Origin: Gemmatimonadaceae bacterium
GTDB taxonomy: Bacteria; Gemmatimonadota; Gemmatimonadetes; Gemmatimonadales; Gemmatimonadaceae
NCBI GenBank assembly: GCA_051859245.1
Contig: JBHYGA010000001.1
Span: forward strand, 1,469,722 to 1,533,721
Length of the DNA stretch: 64,000 nt
Direction: 5' to 3'
The notes under the pieces were generated by a model. It saw nothing but the letters and a program-made list of their open reading frames with translations. It did not search any database and had not been told where the DNA came from. The translations under genes were made by a program, and so were the position numbers. Below are positions 39,129 to 48,923 of the stretch, in pieces; the stretch's first letter is position 1; each line of letters opens with the position of its first letter.

Positions 39129-39683
39129 CTATCGCGGCGTACCCGTGGTGCCCGCTGCCGGTCCCGACGGATGCACGCGACACGCCGGCGGCTGCTCCAC
39201 GCTGTACGTCAGATTCGCAATCCGCCAATCGTTGTTGACCTGCACGAGGGTGAACACGTCCACGCCACAGTGCGACCATGTGTTGTTGACATACAGATCG
39301 TACGGCAGCCACACCACCGCGATCGTTCCGGCCATGCGAATGTCGGCGTTGAAGCCGCGTTCAATAATCGGTGGCCGCTGTCCGAGTGCGCGTTGCGACG
39401 CCGCAGTGCGCATGCGGAAACCCGGAGCGCCGTCGCGCGTACTCGCCGCGTACACCTGCGCTTCGGGCGTCATAAGGTCGCTCAACCTGGGCATTTCGCC
39501 AGACTGGATAAACGTCATGGCGGAGTCCACCACGGCCATCACTGCACGTTCAGCCGGCGTGCGCGGGCTCGTTTGCGCTGGCACTGGCGACCCGGCTTGA
39601 GCGTGTAGCGGAGTCGCGTGCACCGCCTGCGCGCATGCGAAAAGGACCAGAACAGGTGTGATCCGGCGGAATGCGATGGACAT
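39129..39683 (-). CDS. Secreted NTF2-like hypothetical protein
   Basis: Signal peptide; AVVWLPY, HCGVDVFTLV and WRIAN motifs. Confidence 0.7.
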   Translation of the reverse strand: MSIAFRRITPVLVLFACAQAVHATPLHAQAGSPVPAQTSPRTPAERAVMAVVDSAMTFIQSGEMPRLSDLMTPEAQVYAASTRDGAPGFRMRTAASQRALGQRPPIIERGFNADIRMAGTIAVVWLPYDLYVNNTWSHCGVDVFTLVQVNNDWRIANLTYSVEQPPACRVHPSGPAAGTTGTPR

Positions 39684-39769
39684 GAGCTGGAGGGGCAGGT
39701 TGGTGGGCCACGTGCGAGCAGCGCGATAGCTTGAGGATAGCATCACCGTTCCACTCCGCCTACCGTTCC

Positions 39770-40126
39770 ATGACCAACTCCACCTGTATCTTCTGCCGTA
39801 TCGTGGCCGGAGAGATTCCGTCAACGATCGTGGCCCAGTCTGAGCACGGCATCGCGTTTCGCGACCTGTCTCCGCAGGCGCCGGTCCACGTGCTCGTGAT
39901 CCCACGCCGCCACCTGGATTCACTGGCCGAGGCCACGGCCACGGGAACGAGCGCCGCCGAACTCGGGGATCTGCTCCAGCTCGCGGGGGAGGTCGCTCGA
40001 GTCTCCGGCGTCGCGGAGACCGGCTATCGCGTGGTGGCCAACACGGGTCGTGAAGGCGGGCAAACGGTGGGGCATTTGCACTTTCACGTGCTCGGGGGCC
40101 GCCAAATGGTCTGGCCGCCGGGGTAA
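39770..40126 (+). CDS. hinT: Histidine triad (HIT/HinT) nucleotide-binding protein
   Basis: CIFCRI, PQAPVHVLVIP and GQTVGHLHFHVLGG motifs. Confidence 0.95.
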   Translation: MTNSTCIFCRIVAGEIPSTIVAQSEHGIAFRDLSPQAPVHVLVIPRRHLDSLAEATATGTSAAELGDLLQLAGEVARVSGVAETGYRVVANTGREGGQTVGHLHFHVLGGRQMVWPPG

Positions 40127-40162
40127 GTGCGAAAAAGGGCCGGATTTCGCGTCTGTAGCGCC

Positions 40163-40191
40163 TTGACCCGGGTCTTTGGGCGTGGTAAGCT
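40163..40191 (+). promoter_or_regulatory. sigma70-type promoter of the rpsU operon
   Basis: TTGACC, N17, TAAGCT with an extended TG. Confidence 0.65.
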
Positions 40192-40259
40192 ACACGGCTG
40201 TCGGTACATCACTTACGCGGCGAGTTTCGTCGCTCAACGGCCCCACGGGAGAGTTTGGT

Positions 40260-40445
40260 TTGTCGGAGATTATCATCCACGAGGACGAGAACTTCGAACG
40301 CGCCCTCAAGCGGTTCAAGAAGAAAGTCGAAAAGGCCGGTATCCTGTCCGACCTGCGCAAGCATCGGCACTATGAAAAGCCGAGCGAGCGTCGTAAGCGC
40401 AAGCTGAACGCTGCGATTCGCAAGAACCGTCGCACGCGCGTCTGA
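40260..40445 (+). CDS. rpsU: 30S ribosomal protein S21 (TTG start)
   Basis: [12 protein letters not shown] and [12 protein letters not shown] motifs. Confidence 0.97.
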   Translation: MSEIIIHEDENFERALKRFKKKVEKAGILSDLRKHRHYEKPSERRKRKLNAAIRKNRRTRV

Positions 40446-40456
40446 GCGCGGCCGCT

Positions 40457-40906
40457 GTGGCCGAGCTCGCCCCGTTGTTTGCGCGCATCCAGGACGACCT
40501 CACGGCCGCCCGCCGTGCGCAGAACAAAGACACGTTGCTCTTGCTCGGTACCGTCCTCGCTGATCTTCGGAATCGCGAGCTCGAGCAGGCCGATCCGCTC
40601 ACCAACGATCAGGTGATCGAGGTCATACGCAAGGGCATCAAGCGGCGGCGTGAGTCGCAGGCCATGTACGAAACGGGCGCGCGTCCTGAACTCGCCGCCC
40701 GGGAAGCTGCCGAGGCCGCGAGCCTCGAGGCGTACCTCCCTCCGGCCGTCTCAACTGACGAGCTGCGAGCCGCTGTTCGGGCGGCAATCGCTGGCGGCGC
40801 TGCCAACATGGGTGCCGTAATGGGGCGCGTTGTGCCACAGTTCAAAGGCCGCGCCGATGGCAGCCAGATCAGCGCGATCGTCAAGGAAGAACTGGCGTCC
40901 AAGTAG
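40457..40906 (+). CDS. yqeY: GatB/YqeY domain protein
   Basis: KRRRES, YLP, MGAVMG and GRADG motifs; follows rpsU. Confidence 0.93.
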   Translation: MAELAPLFARIQDDLTAARRAQNKDTLLLLGTVLADLRNRELEQADPLTNDQVIEVIRKGIKRRRESQAMYETGARPELAAREAAEAASLEAYLPPAVSTDELRAAVRAAIAGGAANMGAVMGRVVPQFKGRADGSQISAIVKEELASK

Positions 40907-40955
40907 GTCCGAGCTGTAGTAGGTACGCACCATTCAGGGCAGGACTGCCGCGCCG

Positions 40956-43403
40956 ATGAACGCCCACGCGCTATCAATTCTCGAACTGTCCCGGATTCTT
41001 GTGCACGTAAGTCAGCGTGCGCATTCCAGTCCCGGTGTGGCCGCCGTACGCGCGCTCGCTCCAAGTAGCGACCAAGGCTGGCTCGAGAGCGAGCACCAGC
41101 GCGTGTCCGCCATGCGCACGCTCATCACCGGCGAACCGGCGTGGACGGCCGAGCAAATCCCTGATCTGGCCGCGCCGCTCACACGACTGCGCGTTGAAGG
41201 CGTGAGCTGGACCGCACCGGAGCTGTTGCAAGGCGCAACCTTCCTCCGCTCAACTCGGCGCACGCGCGAAGCATTGCGTGATGTGCGTCGCAATGCGGTG
41301 GCACGTGCGGTGCTCCAACCGTTTGGCGATCAGCTCATCGAAGCGCGCGCCATCGAAGACGCAATTGCTCGCGCGATCAACGACGACGGCTCGGTGCGAG
41401 ATGATGCGTCGCCGGCGCTGCGAAAGATCCGGCAGGAGCTGCGCCGCGCCGAGGGTGAGCTGGTGCGTTTGCTCGAGCGCGAGATGAGTAAACTCGAATC
41501 GCATCACCAGGTGAGCGATGCGTCGGTGACCATGCGCAATGGCCGCTGGGTGATGCCCGTACGCCGCGAAGCGCGCGTGGTGGTGGGTGGACTTGTGCAC
41601 GACACGTCGGGCACGGGTGCCACGATCTTTGTGGAGCCGCCGGCGGCCGTTGAGTTTGGCAATCGACTGCGCGAACTGGAAATCGATGAGCAGCGCGAGA
41701 TTGAACGCATCTTGCGTGAGATCACGGCGCTGCTGCATCCGCTCTATCAGCCGCTGCGTGATGCGTTCGCCGCCATGGTCGCGCTGGATTCGCTGCTGGC
41801 GCGCGCGCGTTACGCCGAAGATGTGCACGCCGGACAGGCGGAGTTTGGACCGGCCTCGAGCGGGTGTGAGTTTGTACACGCACGGCATCCGCTCTTGCTC
41901 GCCCAGGGAATCAATGTGGTCCCGTTCACGCTCGCGCTCGACGCGGGTGAACGCACGCTTCTGGTCTCCGGACCGAATACGGGCGGCAAGACCGTCCTGC
42001 TCAAAGCCATCGGTTTGCTGGCCGTGATGGCGCAGTGTGGCGTGCCGGTGCCAGTGGCCGGCGGAAGCCGGTTGCCCGTATTCGACGACGTATTCGCCGA
42101 CGTCGGAGACGAACAGAGTCTCGAAGCGAGTCTCTCCACCTTCAGCGCTCATCTCAAACATCAGGGCGAGATTCTGCGCCTCGCGACGCACAACTCACTC
42201 GTGCTCATGGACGAAGTGGGATCCGGTACGGATCCGGCGGAAGGCGCAGCGCTTGGCGGTGCAATCCTTGAAACGCTCACGCGACGTGGTGCCATGACCG
42301 TGGCGACCACACATCTCGGCGCGCTCAAGCTGCTCGCCACCGAAGTGCCAGGGGTGGTGAATGCGTCGTTGCAGTTCGACGCCGCACTGCTCGCGCCAAC
42401 GTATCGATTGATCAAGGGCGTTCCAGGACGGTCGTACGGCATTTCCATTGCCCGTCGTTTGCAACTGCCTGAACACGTGCTCACACTCGCTGAGTCTCGT
42501 TTGCCAACGGGTGAGCGTGATCTGGCGCTGCTGCTCGCCGATGTGGAAGCGCGTGAAGCCACACTCGCGGAGCGCGAGCTGGAGGCGGATCGTGAGGCCC
42601 GTCGTATCGCGTCGCGCATCGCAACGGTGAGTGACCGCGAAAAGAAGGCGCGAGAGAAGGAGAAGGAGCTCGAGCGGTCATCGCGTCAGGAAGCCCGCAA
42701 GTATTTGCTTGAGGCACGCGCTGAAGTGGAACGTGCAATCGGCGCGGTGAAAGCCGCGGCTGCAGACGCACAGATTAGCGCCGAGATGATTGACGCGAAG
42801 GCGCGCGAAGCACGACGTGCGGTTGAAGAAGCGGCGTCTGGACAGCAGCAGGCGGTAGCGGCCATGGACGCCCGGGCGGCGCAGTCGCGTTCGCAACGGA
42901 GAGCGGGACTGGCGCCTGCGAAACCTGCGTCAGGCGGCGGATCACATCAGACGGAGAAATCGCTGGCAGCCGGAGACGCCGTGCTCGTGGGCACGCTGGG
43001 CGACAAAGCGGGCACCGTCGTAGACGTACGCGGCACGAGCGTACGCGTGCTTGTTGGTTCGCTGACACTCGCAGTGCCGATCAACACGCTGACGCGCACT
43101 GCGGCCCCACCACCGCCAGCAGTGCGTGTGCCGGTCATGGGCGACGTACCGGAAGTTGATCCGGTGCGTGAAGTGGACCTGCGCGGCATGCGCGTGGATG
43201 AGCTGGAGATTGCGCTCATGCAGGCGCTCGATGCTGCGGTGCGCAATGATCTCCGCGAGCTGCGCATTATTCACGGCAAGGGCACGGGCGCATTGCGTGA
43301 GCGCGTGGGCGAGATGCTGCGCGGAGATTCGCGCGTGGCAACGCATCGGCTCGGCGGCTGGAATGAAGGCGGTGCTGGTGTCACCCTGGCTGAGCTGCGC
43401 TAA
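40956..43403 (+). CDS. mutS2: Endonuclease MutS2
   Basis: SGPNTGGKT, DEQSLEASLSTFS, DEVGSGTDP motifs; C-terminal Smr domain (DLRG, IIHGKGTG). Confidence 0.96.
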   Translation: MNAHALSILELSRILVHVSQRAHSSPGVAAVRALAPSSDQGWLESEHQRVSAMRTLITGEPAWTAEQIPDLAAPLTRLRVEGVSWTAPELLQGATFLRSTRRTREALRDVRRNAVARAVLQPFGDQLIEARAIEDAIARAINDDGSVRDDASPALRKIRQELRRAEGELVRLLEREMSKLESHHQVSDASVTMRNGRWVMPVRREARVVVGGLVHDTSGTGATIFVEPPAAVEFGNRLRELEIDEQREIERILREITALLHPLYQPLRDAFAAMVALDSLLARARYAEDVHAGQAEFGPASSGCEFVHARHPLLLAQGINVVPFTLALDAGERTLLVSGPNTGGKTVLLKAIGLLAVMAQCGVPVPVAGGSRLPVFDDVFADVGDEQSLEASLSTFSAHLKHQGEILRLATHNSLVLMDEVGSGTDPAEGAALGGAILETLTRRGAMTVATTHLGALKLLATEVPGVVNASLQFDAALLAPTYRLIKGVPGRSYGISIARRLQLPEHVLTLAESRLPTGERDLALLLADVEAREATLAERELEADREARRIASRIATVSDREKKAREKEKELERSSRQEARKYLLEARAEVERAIGAVKAAAADAQISAEMIDAKAREARRAVEEAASGQQQAVAAMDARAAQSRSQRRAGLAPAKPASGGGSHQTEKSLAAGDAVLVGTLGDKAGTVVDVRGTSVRVLVGSLTLAVPINTLTRTAAPPPPAVRVPVMGDVPEVDPVREVDLRGMRVDELEIALMQALDAAVRNDLRELRIIHGKGTGALRERVGEMLRGDSRVATHRLGGWNEGGAGVTLAELR

Positions 43404-43415
43404 CGTGCGCGCCAC

Positions 43416-45311
43416 ATGATTGGCGACGAAATTGTCGAGCGCGTTCGCGAAGCGGCGGATATCGCGCAGATCATTGGCGAGTATGTGAAGCTGAAGCGGG
43501 TCGGCACTGATTTTCGCGGACCGTGTCCGTTTCATCAGGGCAAGAATGCGAACTTCTCGGTGTCACCCAAGCGGGGGCAGTATCACTGCTTTGTGTGCAA
43601 CGAGAGCGGCGATGTGATCACCTTTCTGCGCAAGCGTCTCGGGCTCGACTTCACCGCGGCCGTGAAGTTGCTCGGCGAAAAGGTCGGCATTGAAGTCATC
43701 GACACGCCAACGCGCGCGCACGCGCCTGATCCGAATGAGCCGAATTGGTCCGTGTTGGCCAGTGCGGCTGCGTTTTTTACCGCGCAACTACGCGATGAAA
43801 CCGTAGGGGCCGAAGCGCGCGCCTATCTTGCCGGTCGTGGTCTCGATGACAACGCCATCGAAAAATTTGGAATCGGGTTCGCGCCGCGCGATGGCCAGCT
43901 GTTGCTGAAGCATTTGTTCACGCTGGGTTTTGATCATGAGCGGCTGAAAGATGCGGGCTTGCTCGTTGTTCGTGAAGACGAAGCAACGGCACGCCCGCGT
44001 TTTCGCGGTCGTCTCATGTTTCCAATTCTTGATGAACTGGGTCGTCATGTCGCCTTTGGCGGGCGTGCGCTTGGTGACGACACACCCAAGTATCTCAACT
44101 CCGCCGAAAGCGGCGTGTTTCAGAAGCGTCGCGTGCTGTATGGCATGCAGCTCGCCCGGCAGGCGGCGCGGCGCGCGCAACGGTTGCTTGTGGTGGAAGG
44201 TTATCTCGATGTGGTTCGTGTCTCACTCGGTGGCATCGAAGAAGTCGTTGCGCCGCTCGGCACCGCGCTCACGGAAGAACAAGCGGCATTGATCGTGCGC
44301 TATGCGCCGGAAGTCTTTCTGCTGTACGACAGCGACGAAGCGGGCCTCAAGGCCACGTTTCGTTCGGGGCTCGAGTTGTTGCGCCATGGCGCAGCGGTGC
44401 GCGTGGTGTCGCTCCCGCAAGGCGAAGACCCGGATACGTTTGTGCGTGCCAAGGGCGCGCCGGCGCTCGAGAGCGCACTGCGCGACGCGATGGACTTCTT
44501 TGATGTGCAAGTCGAGTTGCTTGCCCGCCGCGGCTGGTTCGCGGATCTGCATCATCGTCGCCGTGCCGTCGACAAGCTGTTGCCAACGATTCGTGCGACC
44601 AAAGATCCGATCACGCGCGACCTGTACATCGCGCGTCTCGCGGAAGCGTCGTCGCTCGACCGCACACTGATCCAGCGTGAGGCCGACGAACCCACGCTGC
44701 CTGTGTCCCGCAGTCGTGCACTGGCGGTGCGTGGCGACGCGGCTGCGTCGCCCGATCCACAACAGCCACCACCGCCCATGGATGACGCACCAAGCGTGCC
44801 CAAGCGCGAGTGGGTCGCCAAGGGGCAGTGGAAGGGACGAGGCCGTCCGCAGGGCCCTGAGTGGCTTTCGACGGCATCCCCCCCGCGCGCGCGCACCGAC
44901 GAAGATCCCATTGAGCGCGAGTTGGTTCGGGTGATGCTTCGTGAACGTGCCTGGGTGGAGCGCATTGCGGAGCGCTATGGTCCCGAGGGATTTCGCGATA
45001 CACGCCTCGCCACCCTCTTTCGGGCGCTGCTGGCACACCGTCCAGATGCTGAGCTGTCGGATGTGCTCAGCGGCGCCGATCAGGAGGTGATCGATCTCGC
45101 CGAATCGCTGCTGGCACAGGTTGAGGCACCGTCCGACATTGAGTTCGCCCTCCGAAAACTTGAACTTCGTGCACTCAGCCAGCAGATCTCGGAGATGCAG
45201 GAGTTGATCAAACAGGCGTCGCCAGAGGAGAGACCGGCACTGATGGCGCGACAGACGCGGCTGGCGCGTGACAAGCAGGCGTTGCTGCACCCGGGATCCC
45301 GCGGCTCGTAA
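43416..45311 (+). CDS. dnaG: DNA primase
   Basis: CPFH...CFVC zinc finger, FRGRLMFPI, KYLNS, EGYLDV and YDSDEAG motifs. Confidence 0.97.
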   Translation: MIGDEIVERVREAADIAQIIGEYVKLKRVGTDFRGPCPFHQGKNANFSVSPKRGQYHCFVCNESGDVITFLRKRLGLDFTAAVKLLGEKVGIEVIDTPTRAHAPDPNEPNWSVLASAAAFFTAQLRDETVGAEARAYLAGRGLDDNAIEKFGIGFAPRDGQLLLKHLFTLGFDHERLKDAGLLVVREDEATARPRFRGRLMFPILDELGRHVAFGGRALGDDTPKYLNSAESGVFQKRRVLYGMQLARQAARRAQRLLVVEGYLDVVRVSLGGIEEVVAPLGTALTEEQAALIVRYAPEVFLLYDSDEAGLKATFRSGLELLRHGAAVRVVSLPQGEDPDTFVRAKGAPALESALRDAMDFFDVQVELLARRGWFADLHHRRRAVDKLLPTIRATKDPITRDLYIARLAEASSLDRTLIQREADEPTLPVSRSRALAVRGDAAASPDPQQPPPPMDDAPSVPKREWVAKGQWKGRGRPQGPEWLSTASPPRARTDEDPIERELVRVMLRERAWVERIAERYGPEGFRDTRLATLFRALLAHRPDAELSDVLSGADQEVIDLAESLLAQVEAPSDIEFALRKLELRALSQQISEMQELIKQASPEERPALMARQTRLARDKQALLHPGSRGS

Positions 45312-45399
45312 ACGGCCCGGATCTCGTCGGAGGGGCGCACTCTGCGCTATGTTCTACGTAGGAGTCATTGACAGTCCCCGTTCAGATTGGAGGGTAGGC

Positions 45400-46143
45400 G
45401 TGCAGCCGGAACTCGTAGCGTTGCTGGCAGTGCAGGAGGACGACGGCGCAATTCGCCTGATTGAGCGTGATCTGGCGGCGCTCGCACCGCGCATCGCGTC
45501 GCTCGACAAGGCGCGTCAGCGGGCGCACGACGAAGTTGAGCGCTCACGTGTTGCGATCGAGCGGGAAACGGAGCGCTATCGCACGCTCAGCCAGCGCATC
45601 ACGGATCACCGTGAGAAGCACGAGAAGAACCTCGCCACGCTTGATCAGGCACGAAAGCTGCGCGAGGCGACGGCAGCGATGGCGCAGGTGGAAATGGCGC
45701 GTCGCGTGTTGGCAGAAGAGGAAAGCGAACTCGCCGGCATGGCGCGCCGGCTCGGTGAAATGACCTCCGCGCAAGAAGCGCATCGTGCCGCCGCAGAGGC
45801 GCTTGACGCCGAACAGGCCACGGCTCGGGCCGAAATCGCGTCTGAACAGGAACGTCTGCACACGGCGCTCAAGGCTGCGGTCACCGTGCGCAACCAGAAA
45901 GCATCCGGCGTGAATCCCGGCCTGCTCTCGCGGTACGAGCGCATCGCAATTCGTCGCAAGAGCAACGCGCTGTTCGCGATTCGTGGCCTGACCTGTGGTG
46001 CCTGCGATACGGCGATTCCGCTGCAGCGTCGCAACGCGCTCATGGTGGCGGGCTTGATCGATGTCTGTGAAGCGTGCGGCGTGTTGCTCTTTGCCAGCGT
46101 GGAGCCGCCAGCGGCTGAGGCGTCGGCCGAAGCATCGGCCTGA
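45400..46143 (+). CDS. Coiled-coil protein with C4-type zinc ribbon (DUF164/CT398-like)
   Basis: Long heptad region followed by CGAC...CEAC; GGAGG RBS before GTG 45400. Confidence 0.85.
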   Translation: MQPELVALLAVQEDDGAIRLIERDLAALAPRIASLDKARQRAHDEVERSRVAIERETERYRTLSQRITDHREKHEKNLATLDQARKLREATAAMAQVEMARRVLAEEESELAGMARRLGEMTSAQEAHRAAAEALDAEQATARAEIASEQERLHTALKAAVTVRNQKASGVNPGLLSRYERIAIRRKSNALFAIRGLTCGACDTAIPLQRRNALMVAGLIDVCEACGVLLFASVEPPAAEASAEASA

Positions 46144-46152
46144 GGCGTTCGA

Positions 46153-47892
46153 GTGCCCGCCGTCAGATCGCGCCCAGCGCCGCGTTGGGTGCCAGGTGCG
46201 GTGCCCTCCTCGGATCTCGTGGCGCAGCTTCATGCCGAACTGCAGCTGCCGAGCGTGGTATGCGAGCTGTTGGTGCGGCGCGGTTACAGCGAATCAGAAG
46301 CGGCGCGGCGCTATCTGCGTCCGCGGCTTGAGCATCTGGCGTCGCCAAGCACGCTCAAGGATTGTAATCGCGTTGTGGACCGGTTGGTGTCCGCGATTCA
46401 GCGCCAGGAAGTCATCTTTGTGCACGGCGACTACGATGTGGACGGCATGTCATCCACGGCGTTGCTCACGCGTGTGCTACGCGGCCTCGGCGCGCAACGC
46501 GTTGTGCCGTGGGTGCCCAATCGCCTCACCGATGGATACGACCTGGGGCCAGCGGGAGTGGCCGCCGCGCGAGCTGCGGGGGCTACGGTCGTGGTCACCT
46601 GCGACTGCGGTACGTCTGCGGTGGAAGCGGTCGAAGAACTTTCGCGTGCTGGCATTGATGTCATCATTACCGACCATCACCTGCCGAGCCAGGCGCTGCC
46701 GCCTGCGTACGCGGTGGTAAACCCACGTCGACACGACTGCGAATCGCTTGATAAGGATCTCGCGGCGGTAGGCGTCGTGTACAAGATTGCGCTCGCGTTG
46801 TGCGACGCGATGGGCGTATCACCCGGGTTGGCGCACCAGCAGTTGGACCTCGTCGCGCTGGCTACGATTGCCGACGTCGCACCGTTGCGCGGCGAAAATC
46901 GTGTACTCGTGCGATACGGACTCAAGGTGCTGGCCGAAACAACGCATCCAGGATTGCGCGCACTCGTTCGCGCGGCTGCCATGGAAGGCAAAGCGCTCAC
47001 AGCTGGGCGCGTGGGATTTGTGCTCGCACCGCGACTCAATGCCGCCGGTCGTATTGGCGATGCGAAGCTTGGGTTGTCGTTGTTGCTCGCGGAACATGAG
47101 TCCGATGCAAACGTGATTGCACGACAGCTCGAAGAAATGAATCGTGATCGTCAGACGCTTGATCAGGCGGTGCTCAGTGACGCCATGCGACAGGTGGATG
47201 CCTACGATCTTGATGAGACCTTTGGGCTCGTGCTGGCCAACAAGGGCTGGCACGCCGGCGTGATCGGGATTGTTGCGTCGCGAATTGTGGAGCAGACCTG
47301 TCGACCGGCAGTACTCATCGCCGTGGATGACGGCGTTGGCAAAGGCTCAGGGCGTTCTATTCCGGCGTTCGATCTGCACGCCGCGCTCGGTGCGTGCTCG
47401 GCGCACTTCAGTCGCTACGGTGGACACCGTGCGGCGGCCGGATTGACCATGCCCGCGGAGCGGATTGATGCGTTCCGTGAACACTTTGCGGCCTACGCGA
47501 AAAAGGTACTGCAGGCCGATGACCTCGTGCCCGAGTTGCGCATTGATTTGCAGGTGCAGGCGGATCATGTAGGCGACGAGTTGGAGAAACTGCTGCGTCA
47601 CTTCGAACCCTTCGGTGTGGGTAACGCGGCGCCCACGTTCGCGCTCAACGCGGTGCGTCTCTCCGGCGCGCCGCGCAAGATTGGCAAGGATGGTCTGCGC
47701 CTTGGTTTCAGCTTGCCCAAGCGCACACTGGATGGAATCGCGTGGGGCATGCCCGTTGATCACGTCCGGCTTGATACGTCGATACCGGTAGACGTGGCAT
47801 TCCGCCTTGAGCGTGACGATTACCGTGGAGCGAATACGTTGCAGCTGCGTGTGCACGCACTGCGTCAGTCTGTTGATTCGCACGCCGAGTAA
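46153..47892 (+). CDS. recJ: Single-stranded DNA exonuclease RecJ
   Basis: GDYDVDG, DCG, TDHH, PRLNAAGR and GGHRAAAG motifs. Confidence 0.97.
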   Translation: MPAVRSRPAPRWVPGAVPSSDLVAQLHAELQLPSVVCELLVRRGYSESEAARRYLRPRLEHLASPSTLKDCNRVVDRLVSAIQRQEVIFVHGDYDVDGMSSTALLTRVLRGLGAQRVVPWVPNRLTDGYDLGPAGVAAARAAGATVVVTCDCGTSAVEAVEELSRAGIDVIITDHHLPSQALPPAYAVVNPRRHDCESLDKDLAAVGVVYKIALALCDAMGVSPGLAHQQLDLVALATIADVAPLRGENRVLVRYGLKVLAETTHPGLRALVRAAAMEGKALTAGRVGFVLAPRLNAAGRIGDAKLGLSLLLAEHESDANVIARQLEEMNRDRQTLDQAVLSDAMRQVDAYDLDETFGLVLANKGWHAGVIGIVASRIVEQTCRPAVLIAVDDGVGKGSGRSIPAFDLHAALGACSAHFSRYGGHRAAAGLTMPAERIDAFREHFAAYAKKVLQADDLVPELRIDLQVQADHVGDELEKLLRHFEPFGVGNAAPTFALNAVRLSGAPRKIGKDGLRLGFSLPKRTLDGIAWGMPVDHVRLDTSIPVDVAFRLERDDYRGANTLQLRVHALRQSVDSHAE

Positions 47893-47898
47893 CGCACG

Positions 47899-48411
47899 AT
47901 GCGAATTGTCGCGGGCAGTTGGCGTGGACGGCGCATTGAAGCGCCCAAGGGCACGTTGGTTCGCCCCACTGCCGATCGCGTTCGCGAGGCATGGATGAGC
48001 ATCATGCACGGCGAGCTCGCTGACGCACTCGTGATTGATTTGTGCGCAGGCTCGGGCGCCCTTGGACTGGAAGCGCTGTCGCGTGGTGCCGCGCAGGCGG
48101 ATTTTGTCGAGCAGTCGGCCACGTCGATTCGCGTGCTGGAACGCAACATCGAGGCACTCGGCGCGGGCGACCGAAGCACGATCGTGCGAGCGGATGCGAT
48201 GAAGCATGTGGCGGGACTCGACGCTGGAGCGTACGATGTGGCGTTCGCCGATCCCCCGTACGCGGATCGCACCGCGACCCTGCTGGCCGAGCAGTGGCTC
48301 AAGGTACCGTTTGCGCACGTACTGGGAATTGAACACGCGGCTGCAGTGACTTTGCCCGGAGGCGGCGACACGCGCCGCTATGGGGATACCGCTTTGACCT
48401 TCTATCGATGA
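47899..48411 (+). CDS. rsmD: 16S rRNA m2G966 methyltransferase
   Basis: MRIVAG, RPTADRVRE, AGSGALGLEALSRGA and DPPY motifs. Confidence 0.95.
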   Translation: MRIVAGSWRGRRIEAPKGTLVRPTADRVREAWMSIMHGELADALVIDLCAGSGALGLEALSRGAAQADFVEQSATSIRVLERNIEALGAGDRSTIVRADAMKHVAGLDAGAYDVAFADPPYADRTATLLAEQWLKVPFAHVLGIEHAAAVTLPGGGDTRRYGDTALTFYR

Positions 48412-48923
48412 CGTCGCACGCTGGCTCGTCCAATCGACGTATTGCGCTCTACGCCGGATCCTTCGATCCGTTCACGCACGGTCACGCAGATATCATGCGC
48501 CGAGCCCTTGGCTTTGTGGATGAACTGGTGGTGGCCGTCGCGCTGAACGTCAACAAGAAGCCGCTTTTTACGGCGGAGGAACGCGTTGAGTTTATTCGCG
48601 CGTCCGCAGGCGACGAACCGCGCATCACTGTGCGCGCGTTCAACGGATTGCTCGTGGACCTCGCGCGCGAGATGAACGCCACGATGCTCGTGCGTGGTCT
48701 GCGGGCCGTGAGCGATTTTGAGTACGAGTATCAGATGGCGCTCATGAACCGACACCTGCACGCGGGACTCGAAACGGTGTTCATGGTGCCATCCAACGAA
48801 ACCACGTACATCAGTTCCAGCATGGTGCGTGAAGTGGCGCGATTTGGAGGCGACATTTCCGCACTCGTGCACCCGGTGGTGGTGTCGGCGTTGCAGCACA
48901 AATTTGCGTCGCGAGAGTCGTGA
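48408..48923 (+). CDS. coaD: Pantetheine-phosphate adenylyltransferase
   Basis: GSFDPFTHGH, RGLRAVSDFEYE and ISSS motifs. Confidence 0.97.
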   Translation: MTSHAGSSNRRIALYAGSFDPFTHGHADIMRRALGFVDELVVAVALNVNKKPLFTAEERVEFIRASAGDEPRITVRAFNGLLVDLAREMNATMLVRGLRAVSDFEYEYQMALMNRHLHAGLETVFMVPSNETTYISSSMVREVARFGGDISALVHPVVVSALQHKFASRES

